A stretch of 64,000 nt of DNA from Marinobacter sp. GTDB lineage: Bacteria > Pseudomonadota > Gammaproteobacteria > Pseudomonadales > Oleiphilaceae. The notes beneath the pieces are model-generated. The model saw only the letters and a list, made by a program, of their open reading frames with translations, made no database searches and was not told the origin of the DNA. The position numbers and the translations under genes were made by a program. This document shows positions 36,001 through 44,152 of this stretch, piece after piece; position 1 is the first letter of the stretch, and each line of letters opens with the position of its first letter. Where the stretch lies: positions 78,752 to 142,751 of the forward strand of contig NZ_JBFHJO010000002.1 in the NCBI RefSeq assembly GCF_041595835.1. Direction: 5' to 3'.

Positions 36001-38338
36001 GAAAGGTATCCATGACCACGATGCCGCATTGCTTGTCAGAACCTTGTGGCCCGCCATTCAAAACGCCGGACTGCTGCGCTTCAGCCCGAATGCCCGTGCG
36101 CTGGCTATGCTGTTCTGGGCAGAGCTGATTCAACAGAAGATTTCTGCACAACAGCTGCGTTCTCGCTGCCTGTCGGCTGGCATACTGAGGCGCATGATGC
36201 AGTCCAATGAATTGCTGCAGTCTCTGGAGCAGGAGCTTGGGCCAAAGTTGTCGGAATTTGTTGAGATTCATGAGCTCAGATTAACCGAAAAAGGCAGTGC
36301 CGAACGCACTCTGCTGAAATCCGCAGCCCAGTATCTGGTTTTACAGTTGGCAGAAGAAGCAGAAGCCTTTGAAATCACTCGCTATGCCGGTGAGCTGGCC
36401 GAAGGCTTTATTGAAGCCCTGAAGAGGGATAATCAGTTTGCCCAGTACGAGACGGCGTTAAATGTGGTGGCCGGAAAGCCTGCCGCGCGCTGGAGCATCA
36501 CCAGCCATTGGGTAAAAGCCTGGATGGGCAAGGCCAACCAGCAGCATTTACTGCATTACCTGCCGGAAGTGGTGGCGGTGCTCAACGCCGGAGACGCTAT
36601 CTCTACGGCCGTACGCAGTGTTGAACTGGCGTTTGAGGTTGACGGTTTGCTGGGTCAGCATGCCAGCATTAACGATCGGTCCCTGAGCCTGCAGCTGGAT
36701 GAGTTCGATGAACGCCTGCGTTATCATCAGCAGGAAGTCATTCCCGGTTGGCAGCAGTTACAGGAAGTCCGTCATAAGGTTTTGGCAAAATGGCGCGACC
36801 AGCTGCGCCTTGAGGAATATCGGCCCCGGCCGCTGTCGTCGTTTGTGCGCAATAAACTGATCAGTGAGAGCTATCTGCCAATCATTGGCGACAACCTGGC
36901 CAAACAGATGGGCACTGCAGGTGAAGACCGTCGCACAGACCAGTCCGGCTTGCTGATGATGATCTCGCCGCCAGGTTACGGTAAAACCACCCTGATGGAA
37001 TATGTCGCTAACCGCCTGGGCCTGATCTTCATGAAGATCAACTGCCCGAGTTTAGGCCACGATGTCACCTCGCTGGACCCGGAAAAAGCCCCCCATTCCA
37101 CCGCCGAAGCGGAGCTGGTCAAGCTTAACCTCGCTTTGGAGATGGGCAACAACGTGATGTTGTATCTGGATGATATCCAGCATACCCATCCTGAATTTCT
37201 GCAGAAATTCATTTCCCTGTGTGACGGCACCCGGCGCATTGAAGGCGTATGGCGTGGTCGAACCAGTACGTATGACATGCGTGGCAAGCGGTTCTGCGTG
37301 GTGATGGCCGGTAATCCCTATACCGAAAGCGGCGAAATGTTCAAAGTGCCGGACATGCTGGCGAACCGGGCGGATATCTACAATTTGGGTGATGTGTTGT
37401 CGGGCATGGAGCATGCCTTTGAGTTGTCTTACATAGAGAATAGCCTCAGTGCCAACCGGGTGTTGGCACCTTTGGCGACCCGGGGTATGGCAGACTTCTA
37501 TCGGTTTGCGGATCTGGCCGAAGGCAAAACAGTGGCGGATTCGGATTTCGAGCACGACTACAGTGCTGCCGAGCGGGATGAAATTGTTTCCCTGCTGAAG
37601 AAGATGATGCGGGTGCGGGAAACCGTTCTGCGGGTAAACCAGGCGTACATTGCTTCCAGTGCTCAGGCTGAAGCCTATCGTACTGAGCCTGCCTTCAAGT
37701 TGCAGGGCAGCTACCGGAACATGAACAAACTGGCGGAAAAGCTGTCGCCGGTCATGAGTGACAAAGAACTGGAAGCCCTGATTGACGATCACTACCAGGG
37801 TGAATCTCAGCTGCTGACTCAGGGCGCGGAAGAGAATTTGCTTAAACTCAAGCAGATGCGAGGCACCTTAACCGAAGCTGAAGCTGCCCGGTGGCAGGCT
37901 ATCTGTGAAGAATATCGCCGGCGGCAGCAGGCTGGAGGTGACGAAGAAACCGGCGTGAAAGTGGTACGCCAACTGGGTGTGATTGCTGAACAAATGCAGC
38001 AATTGGGACAACAGTTGGCCGCAGGCCTGGAAAGTCAGAAAGGTTCTGAACCAGATCTCGGTCAAGCCCTGGGGCAACTGTCCCGCTCCCTGGAAACCGG
38101 CCTGACCGAAGGTTTACAGTCTGTGCAACTGAGCCCCTCAGTGACGGTAAATCTGGATAGTCCTCCACAGGTTGGCGAAGCCTTGATGGCCTTTGCCCGG
38201 ATTTTTGAGGAATCCATCGTGCCATTGGTGAAAACCATGGACGGTAAGTTGGACCTGGATCTGAAAACCCAAACGGAAATGAGCCGGGTGTTGAAAGTGA
38301 TTCGGGAGCTGCAAGATCGATTGCTGGAACGGAAATAG
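33086..38338 (+). CDS. giant (1750 aa) multidomain protein: N-terminal beta-rich region, long central helical region, C-terminal MoxR-like AAA+ P-loop ATPase module
   Basis: Single uninterrupted ORF; Walker A ISPPGYGKTTLMEY, Walker B VMLYLDDIQH, MoxR/AAA_5-type sensor segment FCVVMAGNPYTESGEMFKVPDMLANRADIYNL around aa 1290-1460; no close match to any family I can name. Confidence 0.85.
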   Translation: MSTDRSGLESIIQEGSAFETIQRRLKEQGGQLRSQVSGLNQTREEIFGSASMSVLGRARVRTENNAIPRDVVRLGDKLLFGFNLQLGLRKTLEIDDVFCLYHLNDGDDGFEMTEATIEGTFLKDARFATDFRELQQYYNTATLSQLVILKGMLLMAFRIGDKLDDLRIFRWELTPGGDVSRYIDNRGERDLTFPERFSFPWKPVGRDLQVQGRSPHLNIADTLFVDNLRGDITFKVENNTATGEGIYADPVESDSQSLDDATFEYADLGEILLVRILPFNEKLWRYYLFNRTQRKIERVDSMAGSVASLPDNHGLIFPSGYYLTTGELKTFQIPEGDFRLKRSLRSPNGEDVLYVFFEQLTGQVILFRYNLIRKQADVPLIGHGFALFENGHLVVFNADNEPTLVHPLQVWDTPFTSESFHAQASVANDSELARIGNPDLVRGIAELNTVITLVEAKSASERHFTALIRTVDRVLDQFYWLTARQDEALFAGLHEQLSTIRNTAELVLDEYEKVQSIRAQTEMAISEVADVQSALMRDLKPDSWKAPDQFVGYLARLREHRGRVRTLSDRRYADKNRIEALEKELAEAEERLTDRTFRFLASPEALEGYRNTLAELQAALAEAGSRDALKKIVERYRELTTGLDMIQGMLASMAGDDAALETAITDNISGIYASINQQRSEAEIRLKEQGSAEARAQFAARIRLFEQSLANGVSALSDVRECDGLMTRMLDQLQELESQFGEYDEFLAAVLEQRENAHESIEARRQQLQDQQQRRVTTLTDAAERILKNVSRRTERFSSPEELHAFFASDAMVARLRSMAEELRDLGAAMEADDCLGQLKATQDTALRSVRDKADIFEEGGAVIRLGRHKFSVNQQELDLTLIPRDDHVLLHLTGTQYYERLDEPELDRLRGYWNMSQPSESDKVYRAEYLAALVIEEFRKSSDLPVNVADVEELTGYIRHFASPRYREGYEKGIHDHDAALLVRTLWPAIQNAGLLRFSPNARALAMLFWAELIQQKISAQQLRSRCLSAGILRRMMQSNELLQSLEQELGPKLSEFVEIHELRLTEKGSAERTLLKSAAQYLVLQLAEEAEAFEITRYAGELAEGFIEALKRDNQFAQYETALNVVAGKPAARWSITSHWVKAWMGKANQQHLLHYLPEVVAVLNAGDAISTAVRSVELAFEVDGLLGQHASINDRSLSLQLDEFDERLRYHQQEVIPGWQQLQEVRHKVLAKWRDQLRLEEYRPRPLSSFVRNKLISESYLPIIGDNLAKQMGTAGEDRRTDQSGLLMMISPPGYGKTTLMEYVANRLGLIFMKINCPSLGHDVTSLDPEKAPHSTAEAELVKLNLALEMGNNVMLYLDDIQHTHPEFLQKFISLCDGTRRIEGVWRGRTSTYDMRGKRFCVVMAGNPYTESGEMFKVPDMLANRADIYNLGDVLSGMEHAFELSYIENSLSANRVLAPLATRGMADFYRFADLAEGKTVADSDFEHDYSAAERDEIVSLLKKMMRVRETVLRVNQAYIASSAQAEAYRTEPAFKLQGSYRNMNKLAEKLSPVMSDKELEALIDDHYQGESQLLTQGAEENLLKLKQMRGTLTEAEAARWQAICEEYRRRQQAGGDEETGVKVVRQLGVIAEQMQQLGQQLAAGLESQKGSEPDLGQALGQLSRSLETGLTEGLQSVQLSPSVTVNLDSPPQVGEALMAFARIFEESIVPLVKTMDGKLDLDLKTQTEMSRVLKVIRELQDRLLERK

Positions 38339-38363
38339 TCATCCGGGGCCGGTGACTCGCGTT

Positions 38364-38380
38364 CTAGACAATTGGTCTAG
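38364..38380. promoter_or_regulatory. TetR-family operator candidate CTAGAC-AATTG-GTCTAG upstream of the tetR-family gene
   Basis: 6-bp perfect inverted arms 20 bp upstream of ATG 38400; same half-site repeated at 39029 and 39115. Confidence 0.55.
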
Positions 38381-38399
38381 CCGGGCTTAGAATTTCGCC

Positions 38400-38993
38400 A
38401 TGGAACCAAAAGTAGCAAGTCATGATGTGCGCAGCCACATCCTGGAAACAGCCCAAACCATCATCAGTGGCAAGGGATTCAGTGCTGTCGGATTAAACGA
38501 AATCCTGCAGACTGCCGGGGTGCCTAAAGGATCTTTCTATCACTATTTCGGGTCCAAAGAAGCCTTTGGTGAAGAGTTGCTCAAGAGCTATTTTGCCGAT
38601 TACCAAGAGACTCTGGATGCCATGCTTTCTCGTACAGGCCTGTCAGGTGCGGAGCGCCTGATCGGCTACTGGGAGTCCTGGCTGGAAACCCAGTCGGCCT
38701 GCGACCCGAAAGGAAAATGCCTCACTGTTAAGCTTGCCGCAGAAGTCAGTGATTTGTCGGAGCCGATGCGTGTTGTCCTGGAGCGGGAAACGGCTCGCGT
38801 CATTGCTCGCTTGGAGCAGGCGATTGAGGATGGTATCGCTGATGACTCTTTACCGGCTTCTTTAGATGCAAAGTTAACGGCGTCAACGCTTTACCAGTTG
38901 TGGCTGGGGGCGAGCCTGCGCAGCAAAATCACTCGTGACCGCGAGCCCATGGAGTGTGCGTTGGCGGCAACGCGCGCATGGCTTGGTCTGTGA
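38400..38993 (+). CDS. TetR/AcrR-family transcriptional regulator
   Basis: N-terminal HTH ILETAQTIISGKGFSAVGLNEILQTAGVPKGSFYHYF is the TetR_N signature; 197 aa. Confidence 0.85.
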   Translation: MEPKVASHDVRSHILETAQTIISGKGFSAVGLNEILQTAGVPKGSFYHYFGSKEAFGEELLKSYFADYQETLDAMLSRTGLSGAERLIGYWESWLETQSACDPKGKCLTVKLAAEVSDLSEPMRVVLERETARVIARLEQAIEDGIADDSLPASLDAKLTASTLYQLWLGASLRSKITRDREPMECALAATRAWLGL

Positions 38994-39028
38994 GGCTGCG
39001 ACAGAATAAAATCATACTATGATCCATG

Positions 39029-39043
39029 TAGACGACTGGTCTA
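39029..39043. promoter_or_regulatory. second TAGAC-N5-GTCTA operator copy (embedded in extended GACGAC...GTCGTC palindrome)
   Basis: TAGACGACTGGTCTA. Confidence 0.45.
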
Positions 39044-39068
39044 GTCGTCAGTTAGACTGAGAACAAGT

Positions 39069-39095
39069 AGTAAAGAATAAGCCGATCTGAACGGC
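39069..39095 (+). terminator. Rho-independent terminator of the tetR-family transcript
   Basis: AAGCCG-atctgaa-CGGCTT followed by TTTTATTTT. Confidence 0.65.
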
Positions 39096-39114
39096 TTTTT
39101 ATTTTCCCAGACAA

Positions 39115-39129
39115 TAGACGACCGGTCTA
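39115..39129. promoter_or_regulatory. third TAGAC-N5-GTCTA operator copy, 14 bp upstream of the alcohol dehydrogenase start
   Basis: TAGACGACCGGTCTA. Confidence 0.5.
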
Positions 39130-39142
39130 AGAGTGAGGCTTC

Positions 39143-40300
39143 ATGAATAATTTTGAATTCTACAACCCAACACGAATCGTATTTGGAAAAGACACGATTC
39201 AGCGCCTGAATAGCCTGGTGCCTGCTGATGCGCGGGTACTGTTGTTGTTTGGGGGTGAAAGTGCGAAGAAAACAGGCACTATCGATGAGGTCAGGCAAGC
39301 ATTGGGCGACCGGCACGTTGCAGAGTTTGGTGGCATTGAGCCAAACCCGACCTACGAAACTCTGATGAAAGCGGTGGCTTTAATCGAGCAGGACCAGTTC
39401 GACTTTTTGCTGGCGGTTGGCGGCGGCTCGGTGATTGACGGCACCAAGTTTGTGGCCGCCGCCGTTGGTTTTGATGGTGATCCCTGGAGCATTTTGGAAA
39501 AGCAGGGGCGGAATATTACCCAGGCCATTCCGTTTGGAACCGTATTGACACTACCGGCCACGGGCTCTGAAATGAATAACGGAGCTGTGGTGACTAATAA
39601 GGCGCTGCAGGCAAAGCTTCCGTTTTTCAGCCCGCTGATTTATCCCGCGTTCTCTATTCTGGACCCGGTTAAAACCTTCACGCTGCCGCTCAAGCAGGTC
39701 AGTAACGGGGTTGCCGATGCGTTCACTCATATTGTTGAGCAATACCTGACTTATCCGGCTAATGGGTTGGTTCAGGATCGTTTTGCTGAGGGCTTGCTGC
39801 AGACGCTCGTTGAGATCGGTCCGAAAGTACTGGAAGACCCGGAAAACTACGAGTTGAGAGCGAACCTGATGTGGGTGGCGACATTGGCTTTGAATGGATT
39901 GATTGGTGCGGGCGTACCTCAGGATTGGGCAACCCATATGGTTGGCCATGAGTTGACGGCGCTGTACGGCATTGACCATGCCCGGACGCTGGCTATTGTA
40001 CTGCCGGGTATGCTCGAGGTGCGCCGTGAGTCCAAAGCTGACAAGTTGCTGCAGTATGGCGAGCGGGTTTGGAACATTCGGGAAGGCTCACCAGAAGAAC
40101 GTATTGAAAAGGCAATCCAGGCGACTCGCCAGTTTTTTGAGAGCCTGTCTATTCCCACCCGATTGCCAGATTATGGGCTCGATCAGAGCTCCATCGACGA
40201 TATCATCGGCCAACTTGAACACCATGGTATGACCAAGCTCGGAGAGCACGGAGATGTGACTCCGGATGTCAGCCGTCGTGCTCTGGAAGCAAGCCTGTAA
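39143..40300 (+). CDS. iron-containing (group III) alcohol dehydrogenase
   Basis: 385 aa; GGGSVIDGTKFVAAA nucleotide-binding motif and conserved His-rich metal site region (WATHMVGHELTALYGIDHA). Confidence 0.9.
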   Translation: MNNFEFYNPTRIVFGKDTIQRLNSLVPADARVLLLFGGESAKKTGTIDEVRQALGDRHVAEFGGIEPNPTYETLMKAVALIEQDQFDFLLAVGGGSVIDGTKFVAAAVGFDGDPWSILEKQGRNITQAIPFGTVLTLPATGSEMNNGAVVTNKALQAKLPFFSPLIYPAFSILDPVKTFTLPLKQVSNGVADAFTHIVEQYLTYPANGLVQDRFAEGLLQTLVEIGPKVLEDPENYELRANLMWVATLALNGLIGAGVPQDWATHMVGHELTALYGIDHARTLAIVLPGMLEVRRESKADKLLQYGERVWNIREGSPEERIEKAIQATRQFFESLSIPTRLPDYGLDQSSIDDIIGQLEHHGMTKLGEHGDVTPDVSRRALEASL

Positions 40301-40316
40301 CGGAGGAGAAAAGAAC

Positions 40317-41345
40317 ATGGAGAATTCATCGTTGATAAATCGTCAGTGGGTTTTGAACCAGCGCCCGAAAGGCGCGCCGGCACCGGAAGATTTTAAACTG
40401 GTGGAGAGTGCGGTACCGAGCCTCAATGAAGGTGAGGTGTTACTCAAAACCCGCTACTTATCCTTGGACCCGTACATGCGGGGGCGAATGAGCGAGGCTC
40501 CTTCTTATGCTCCTTCTCTGAACATCGGCGAGGTGATTGTTGGTGGCACCGTATCGGAAGTGGTGGAATCAAAACATTCCGGGTTTTCGAAGGGTGATCA
40601 GGTTCTGTCTGCCAGTGGGTGGCAGGAATACGCGATATCTGACGGGTCAGGGCTGATGTCGGTCGAAGGCTTGCCTGAGCCTTCATACGCCTTGAGTCTG
40701 ATGGGGATGCCTGGCTTTACGGCGTACCACGGGTTGCTGAACATTGGCGAGCCAAAGCCTGGAGAAACAGTTGTCGTCGCCTCAGCCAGTGGTGCGGTAG
40801 GCTCCGTGGTTGGCCAAATTGCAAAACTGAAAGGCTGCCGGGTTGTGGGTATTACCAGTGGTGGTGACAAACAGCGGTACGTTCAGGAAACACTGGGCTT
40901 TGATGTGAGCCTGGACCGGCGCTCACCGGATTTTTCGGCAGAACTCGCTAAAGCCGTGCCGAATGGGATTGATGTGTATTACGAGAACGTGGGGGGTGCT
41001 GTTTTCGACGCGGTTCTGCCGCTGCTGAACGATTTCGCCCGAATTCCGGTGTGTGGTTTGATTGCCCACTACAATGCAACCGAATTACCTCAGGGGCCGG
41101 ATCGTGTGCCCATGCTTATGGGCATGATTCTGCGCAAACGGATTCGGATGCAGGGGTTCATTATCATGGATCATTACGAAACCGGGTACGCGCCGTTCGC
41201 CAAGGAAATGAGTGCATGGCTGAAGGCGGGCCAGATTCGTATTAAGGAAGATCGGGTGCAGGGCATAGAAGCCGCGCCGGACGCGTTTATTGGTCTTTTG
41301 GAAGGAAAGAACTTCGGTAAAGTGGTGGTGGATTTCGGGGCATAG
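40317..41345 (+). CDS. NADP-dependent medium-chain oxidoreductase (YncB/CurA/alkenal reductase family)
   Basis: N-terminal MDR oxidoreductase domain then Rossmann fold ASASGAVGSVVGQIAKLKGCRVVG; GGAGGAGAA RBS. Confidence 0.85.
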   Translation: MENSSLINRQWVLNQRPKGAPAPEDFKLVESAVPSLNEGEVLLKTRYLSLDPYMRGRMSEAPSYAPSLNIGEVIVGGTVSEVVESKHSGFSKGDQVLSASGWQEYAISDGSGLMSVEGLPEPSYALSLMGMPGFTAYHGLLNIGEPKPGETVVVASASGAVGSVVGQIAKLKGCRVVGITSGGDKQRYVQETLGFDVSLDRRSPDFSAELAKAVPNGIDVYYENVGGAVFDAVLPLLNDFARIPVCGLIAHYNATELPQGPDRVPMLMGMILRKRIRMQGFIIMDHYETGYAPFAKEMSAWLKAGQIRIKEDRVQGIEAAPDAFIGLLEGKNFGKVVVDFGA

Positions 41346-41481
41346 TAATCCGCTGGCGTGTCACGGGAACTGCACACATGCGGGTTAACGGCTGAAGAGT
41401 CGGTAACCCGCAATGAAGAACGTGCGCCTTTGACGTATCATCGTCGGATCAAAGCCTTTAAGTGCATGACAGGAGACCATA

Positions 41482-41919
41482 ATGATCTGGACCGTTTATC
41501 TATCTGGTGAGATTCACACAGACTGGCGTGAGCAGATTGCTGCTGGTGCTGAAGCCGCTGGCCTGCCGGTAGAATTTGTTTCTGCTAATACCGACCATGA
41601 TTCCAGCGATGCGGCTGGTGATTTTCTGGGTAAGCCTGAAAATAACTTCTGGCGGGATCATCAGTCGTCCAAGGTGAACGCGATCCGTACTAAAACTCTG
41701 CTGGAGCAATGTGATCTGGCCGTCATTCGTTTTGGTGACAAGTACAAACAGTGGAACGCAGCGTTTGATGCCGGATATTGTGCGGCCATGGGTACGCCCT
41801 ACGTTACGCTGCACGATGAAGATATTGTGCACCCGCTGAAAGAAGTGGACGCTGCCGCCATGGCATGGGCGCAAACTCCGGAGCAGGTTGTAGAACTGCT
41901 GAAATACATTACCGCGTAA
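41482..41919 (+). CDS. YtoQ-family protein (nucleoside 2-deoxyribosyltransferase-like fold)
   Basis: 145 aa; MIWTVYLSGEIHTDWRE...AGYCAAMGTPYVTLH pattern recalled for the YtoQ family. Confidence 0.6.
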   Translation: MIWTVYLSGEIHTDWREQIAAGAEAAGLPVEFVSANTDHDSSDAAGDFLGKPENNFWRDHQSSKVNAIRTKTLLEQCDLAVIRFGDKYKQWNAAFDAGYCAAMGTPYVTLHDEDIVHPLKEVDAAAMAWAQTPEQVVELLKYITA

Positions 41920-41969
41920 TCACTCCGTCACGGGGGTATCACTAACAGGACGTTTTGAGGCAAAGGATT

Positions 41970-42854
41970 ATGCCGCTCTTCTTTATCCAAACTGCCAGAT
42001 CTTGGGTTCTGGCAGTTTGTCATTTATGTTTTAACGCATCTTTTTTTTATTCATCGTTAGTTCTTGCTCAGGCACCGGCAATTCCGTTGGCCAATGTCTA
42101 CCATCAGGGCGTTGATCTTCAGGAGTATTGGGTTAGTGAAAAGCTTGATGGTGTTCGTGCCTACTGGGACGGTGAGCAATTCTGGTCCCGGGGTGGGCAC
42201 GTTTATGCTGCACCGCCTTGGTTTACCAGGCAATTTCCGGATCATCCACTGGACGGAGAGCTGTGGGCCGGGCGAGAGCAGTTTGCTCAAGTATCCGGTG
42301 TGGTGCGAAAGCAACAACCCGAACACAATGCGTGGCGGAAGATTCGCTTCCATGCTTTTGATTTGCCTCTGGAAAATACACCGTTTGAGAAGCGCTATCA
42401 GCGTTTGAAACGGCTGGTGAACGAGGCTGGAACGAAATATCTGGTGCTGGTCAGGCAGAGCCCGGTGGCCAGCCACAATGCATTGATGGCAGAGCTGAAC
42501 CAGATTGTTGCGGCGGGCGGTGAGGGCCTGATGCTCAAGCGTAAAACCGGCCTGTATAAAGCCGGGCGCTCAGATGATTTATTGAAGGTGAAAACCTTTG
42601 CTGATGCGGAGGCGGTCGTGGTAGCGCACATACCGGGAAAAGGTAAGTACCTGGGCATGATGGGTGCGTTGGAGGTGGAGCTGGGGAATGGCCGCCGATT
42701 TCGCATTGGTACGGGCTTTCGTGATGCTGACCGACGTAATCCGCCGAGCATCGGAGCAACGGTGACTTTCCGGTATCGAGGCTTCACGGCCACGGGGTTG
42801 CCCCGTTTCGCCAGCTTTCTTCGTGTACGGGATGACGAGCCCGGGGGCCGTTAG
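41970..42854 (+). CDS. ATP-dependent DNA ligase, minimal LigE-type with N-terminal signal peptide (predicted periplasmic)
   Basis: Adenylation motif I KLDGVR, motif pattern EGLMLK/KxK; cleavable-looking signal peptide ending LAQA; AAAGGA RBS before ATG 41970. Confidence 0.8.
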   Translation: MPLFFIQTARSWVLAVCHLCFNASFFYSSLVLAQAPAIPLANVYHQGVDLQEYWVSEKLDGVRAYWDGEQFWSRGGHVYAAPPWFTRQFPDHPLDGELWAGREQFAQVSGVVRKQQPEHNAWRKIRFHAFDLPLENTPFEKRYQRLKRLVNEAGTKYLVLVRQSPVASHNALMAELNQIVAAGGEGLMLKRKTGLYKAGRSDDLLKVKTFADAEAVVVAHIPGKGKYLGMMGALEVELGNGRRFRIGTGFRDADRRNPPSIGATVTFRYRGFTATGLPRFASFLRVRDDEPGGR

Positions 42855-42916
42855 CGGTCGTCCATGTTTGATGTCGTTGAAGAGAGTACACTGGACAGAT
42901 AACTAGGAGAATTTCC

Positions 42917-43828
42917 ATGGTGTCAGCTCTGTCGGCTGGAAAAGTTCAGCAACATGTTTCGGCCATCGTCAGTGGTTTCCTGGGTGATTGGCTGGAAGCT
43001 CGTGGCAATGGGCTGGCGGTACCAATGACGTTGTTTGTCGACGGTAAACCGTTGAGTGCCTCAAATCCGAGGCTCGAAAACCCGGGTAGTACGGTCTGCT
43101 TGTCGATTCATGGTCTGATGGAACTGGAGTCGGTCTGGGATTTTCCTGGCCGGGCGGGTGAGTATTACGGTAGCCGGTTAGCTGCATCTATTGGCGATAC
43201 CAGTGCCGTGAAACTGCGTTTCAACTCGGGGCGCCCGATTTATCGGAATGGTCAGGATCTTGCGGATCTTTTAGAGCAGTTAGTGGTTCATTGGCCTGTG
43301 CCCGTGAAGCGCATTATTTTGCTGGGTCACAGCATGGGGGGGCTGATGGTTCGCAGCGCCTGCTACTACGGTTTAGCGAAGGGGCACAGCTGGGTAAGTC
43401 AATTATTGGATTGCGTCTATATTGGTTCGCCACATGATGGTTCCTGGCTGGCTATTGGAGCACACAAGCTTGCTGGTATGTTGACCAGGGCGTCCCGAGA
43501 TTATGTGAAGGTTGTGGGTGAGGTGATAGACCTGCGTAGTGAGGGTATTCGCAATCTTTCTCGAGGCGAGGTGTTTGAACCGGGAATGGAGGATCAGCCT
43601 TTATTGCCCGAAGCCCGGCATTTCGTGGTGAGTGGGTTGCTGGTGAAGGGCGAGAGCCACCCGGTAAATGTTTGGTTTGGTGATGCGTTGGTACAGCAAT
43701 CCAGCGCTTACGGTGAGCGCAGAGACGGTTGGGCGCTGACGGCTAGTGCCAATTTTTCAGGAGTGGATCATCTTCGCTTGGCTCATCACCCGTTGGTGAG
43801 TAAGCAACTACAGGAGTGGCTGATATGA
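42917..43828 (+). CDS. alpha/beta-hydrolase fold esterase/lipase-like protein
   Basis: Nucleophile elbow GHSMGG within an alpha/beta hydrolase-like core; 303 aa. Confidence 0.7.
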   Translation: MVSALSAGKVQQHVSAIVSGFLGDWLEARGNGLAVPMTLFVDGKPLSASNPRLENPGSTVCLSIHGLMELESVWDFPGRAGEYYGSRLAASIGDTSAVKLRFNSGRPIYRNGQDLADLLEQLVVHWPVPVKRIILLGHSMGGLMVRSACYYGLAKGHSWVSQLLDCVYIGSPHDGSWLAIGAHKLAGMLTRASRDYVKVVGEVIDLRSEGIRNLSRGEVFEPGMEDQPLLPEARHFVVSGLLVKGESHPVNVWFGDALVQQSSAYGERRDGWALTASANFSGVDHLRLAHHPLVSKQLQEWLI

Positions 43829-44103
43829 ACAGGCCGGAAAGTTGTGTGCATTGGTGGTTGGGCCTGGCAGACTTGCTGGGCCATGGTGTGCAGCATGGTG
43901 CGATCAAGGTGAAACGAATTCACTTGTCGGTGGCAGATGAAGCTTTTCGGGTGCTGACAGCCGTTCCCGTTACCCGGCCAACCAGTCGGGTGGTTCAGGC
44001 GTGCCATCACGGTATCTCGCATTTGAGCTACAACTGTGTGTCGTTTGCTGGCCAGGCAGTGGTTGAGTTCGCGGGGGCTGCCCGCTCAGGAACCCGGATA
44101 TAA
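43825..44103 (+). CDS. hypothetical small protein translationally coupled (ATGA) to the hydrolase gene
   Basis: 92 aa ORF starting in the hydrolase stop codon, terminator immediately downstream; no family recognised, could be spurious. Confidence 0.3.
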   Translation: MNRPESCVHWWLGLADLLGHGVQHGAIKVKRIHLSVADEAFRVLTAVPVTRPTSRVVQACHHGISHLSYNCVSFAGQAVVEFAGAARSGTRI

Positions 44104-44117
44104 TGGCCGGGAAGCAG

Positions 44118-44152
44118 AGAGCGCAGCCTGAAAAGGCTGCGCTCTTTTGTTA
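44118..44152. terminator. strong hairpin terminator between the hydrolase operon (+) and cysK (-), possibly bidirectional
   Basis: 11-bp perfect stem AGAGCGCAGCC-tgaaaa-GGCTGCGCTCT then TTTTGTTATTA on the plus strand. Confidence 0.6.

Noticed and set aside
39041-39316. 91-aa minus-strand ORF spanning the tetR terminator and the ADH start
   Set aside because: It overlaps operator, terminator and the strongly supported ADH start, so it is implausible.
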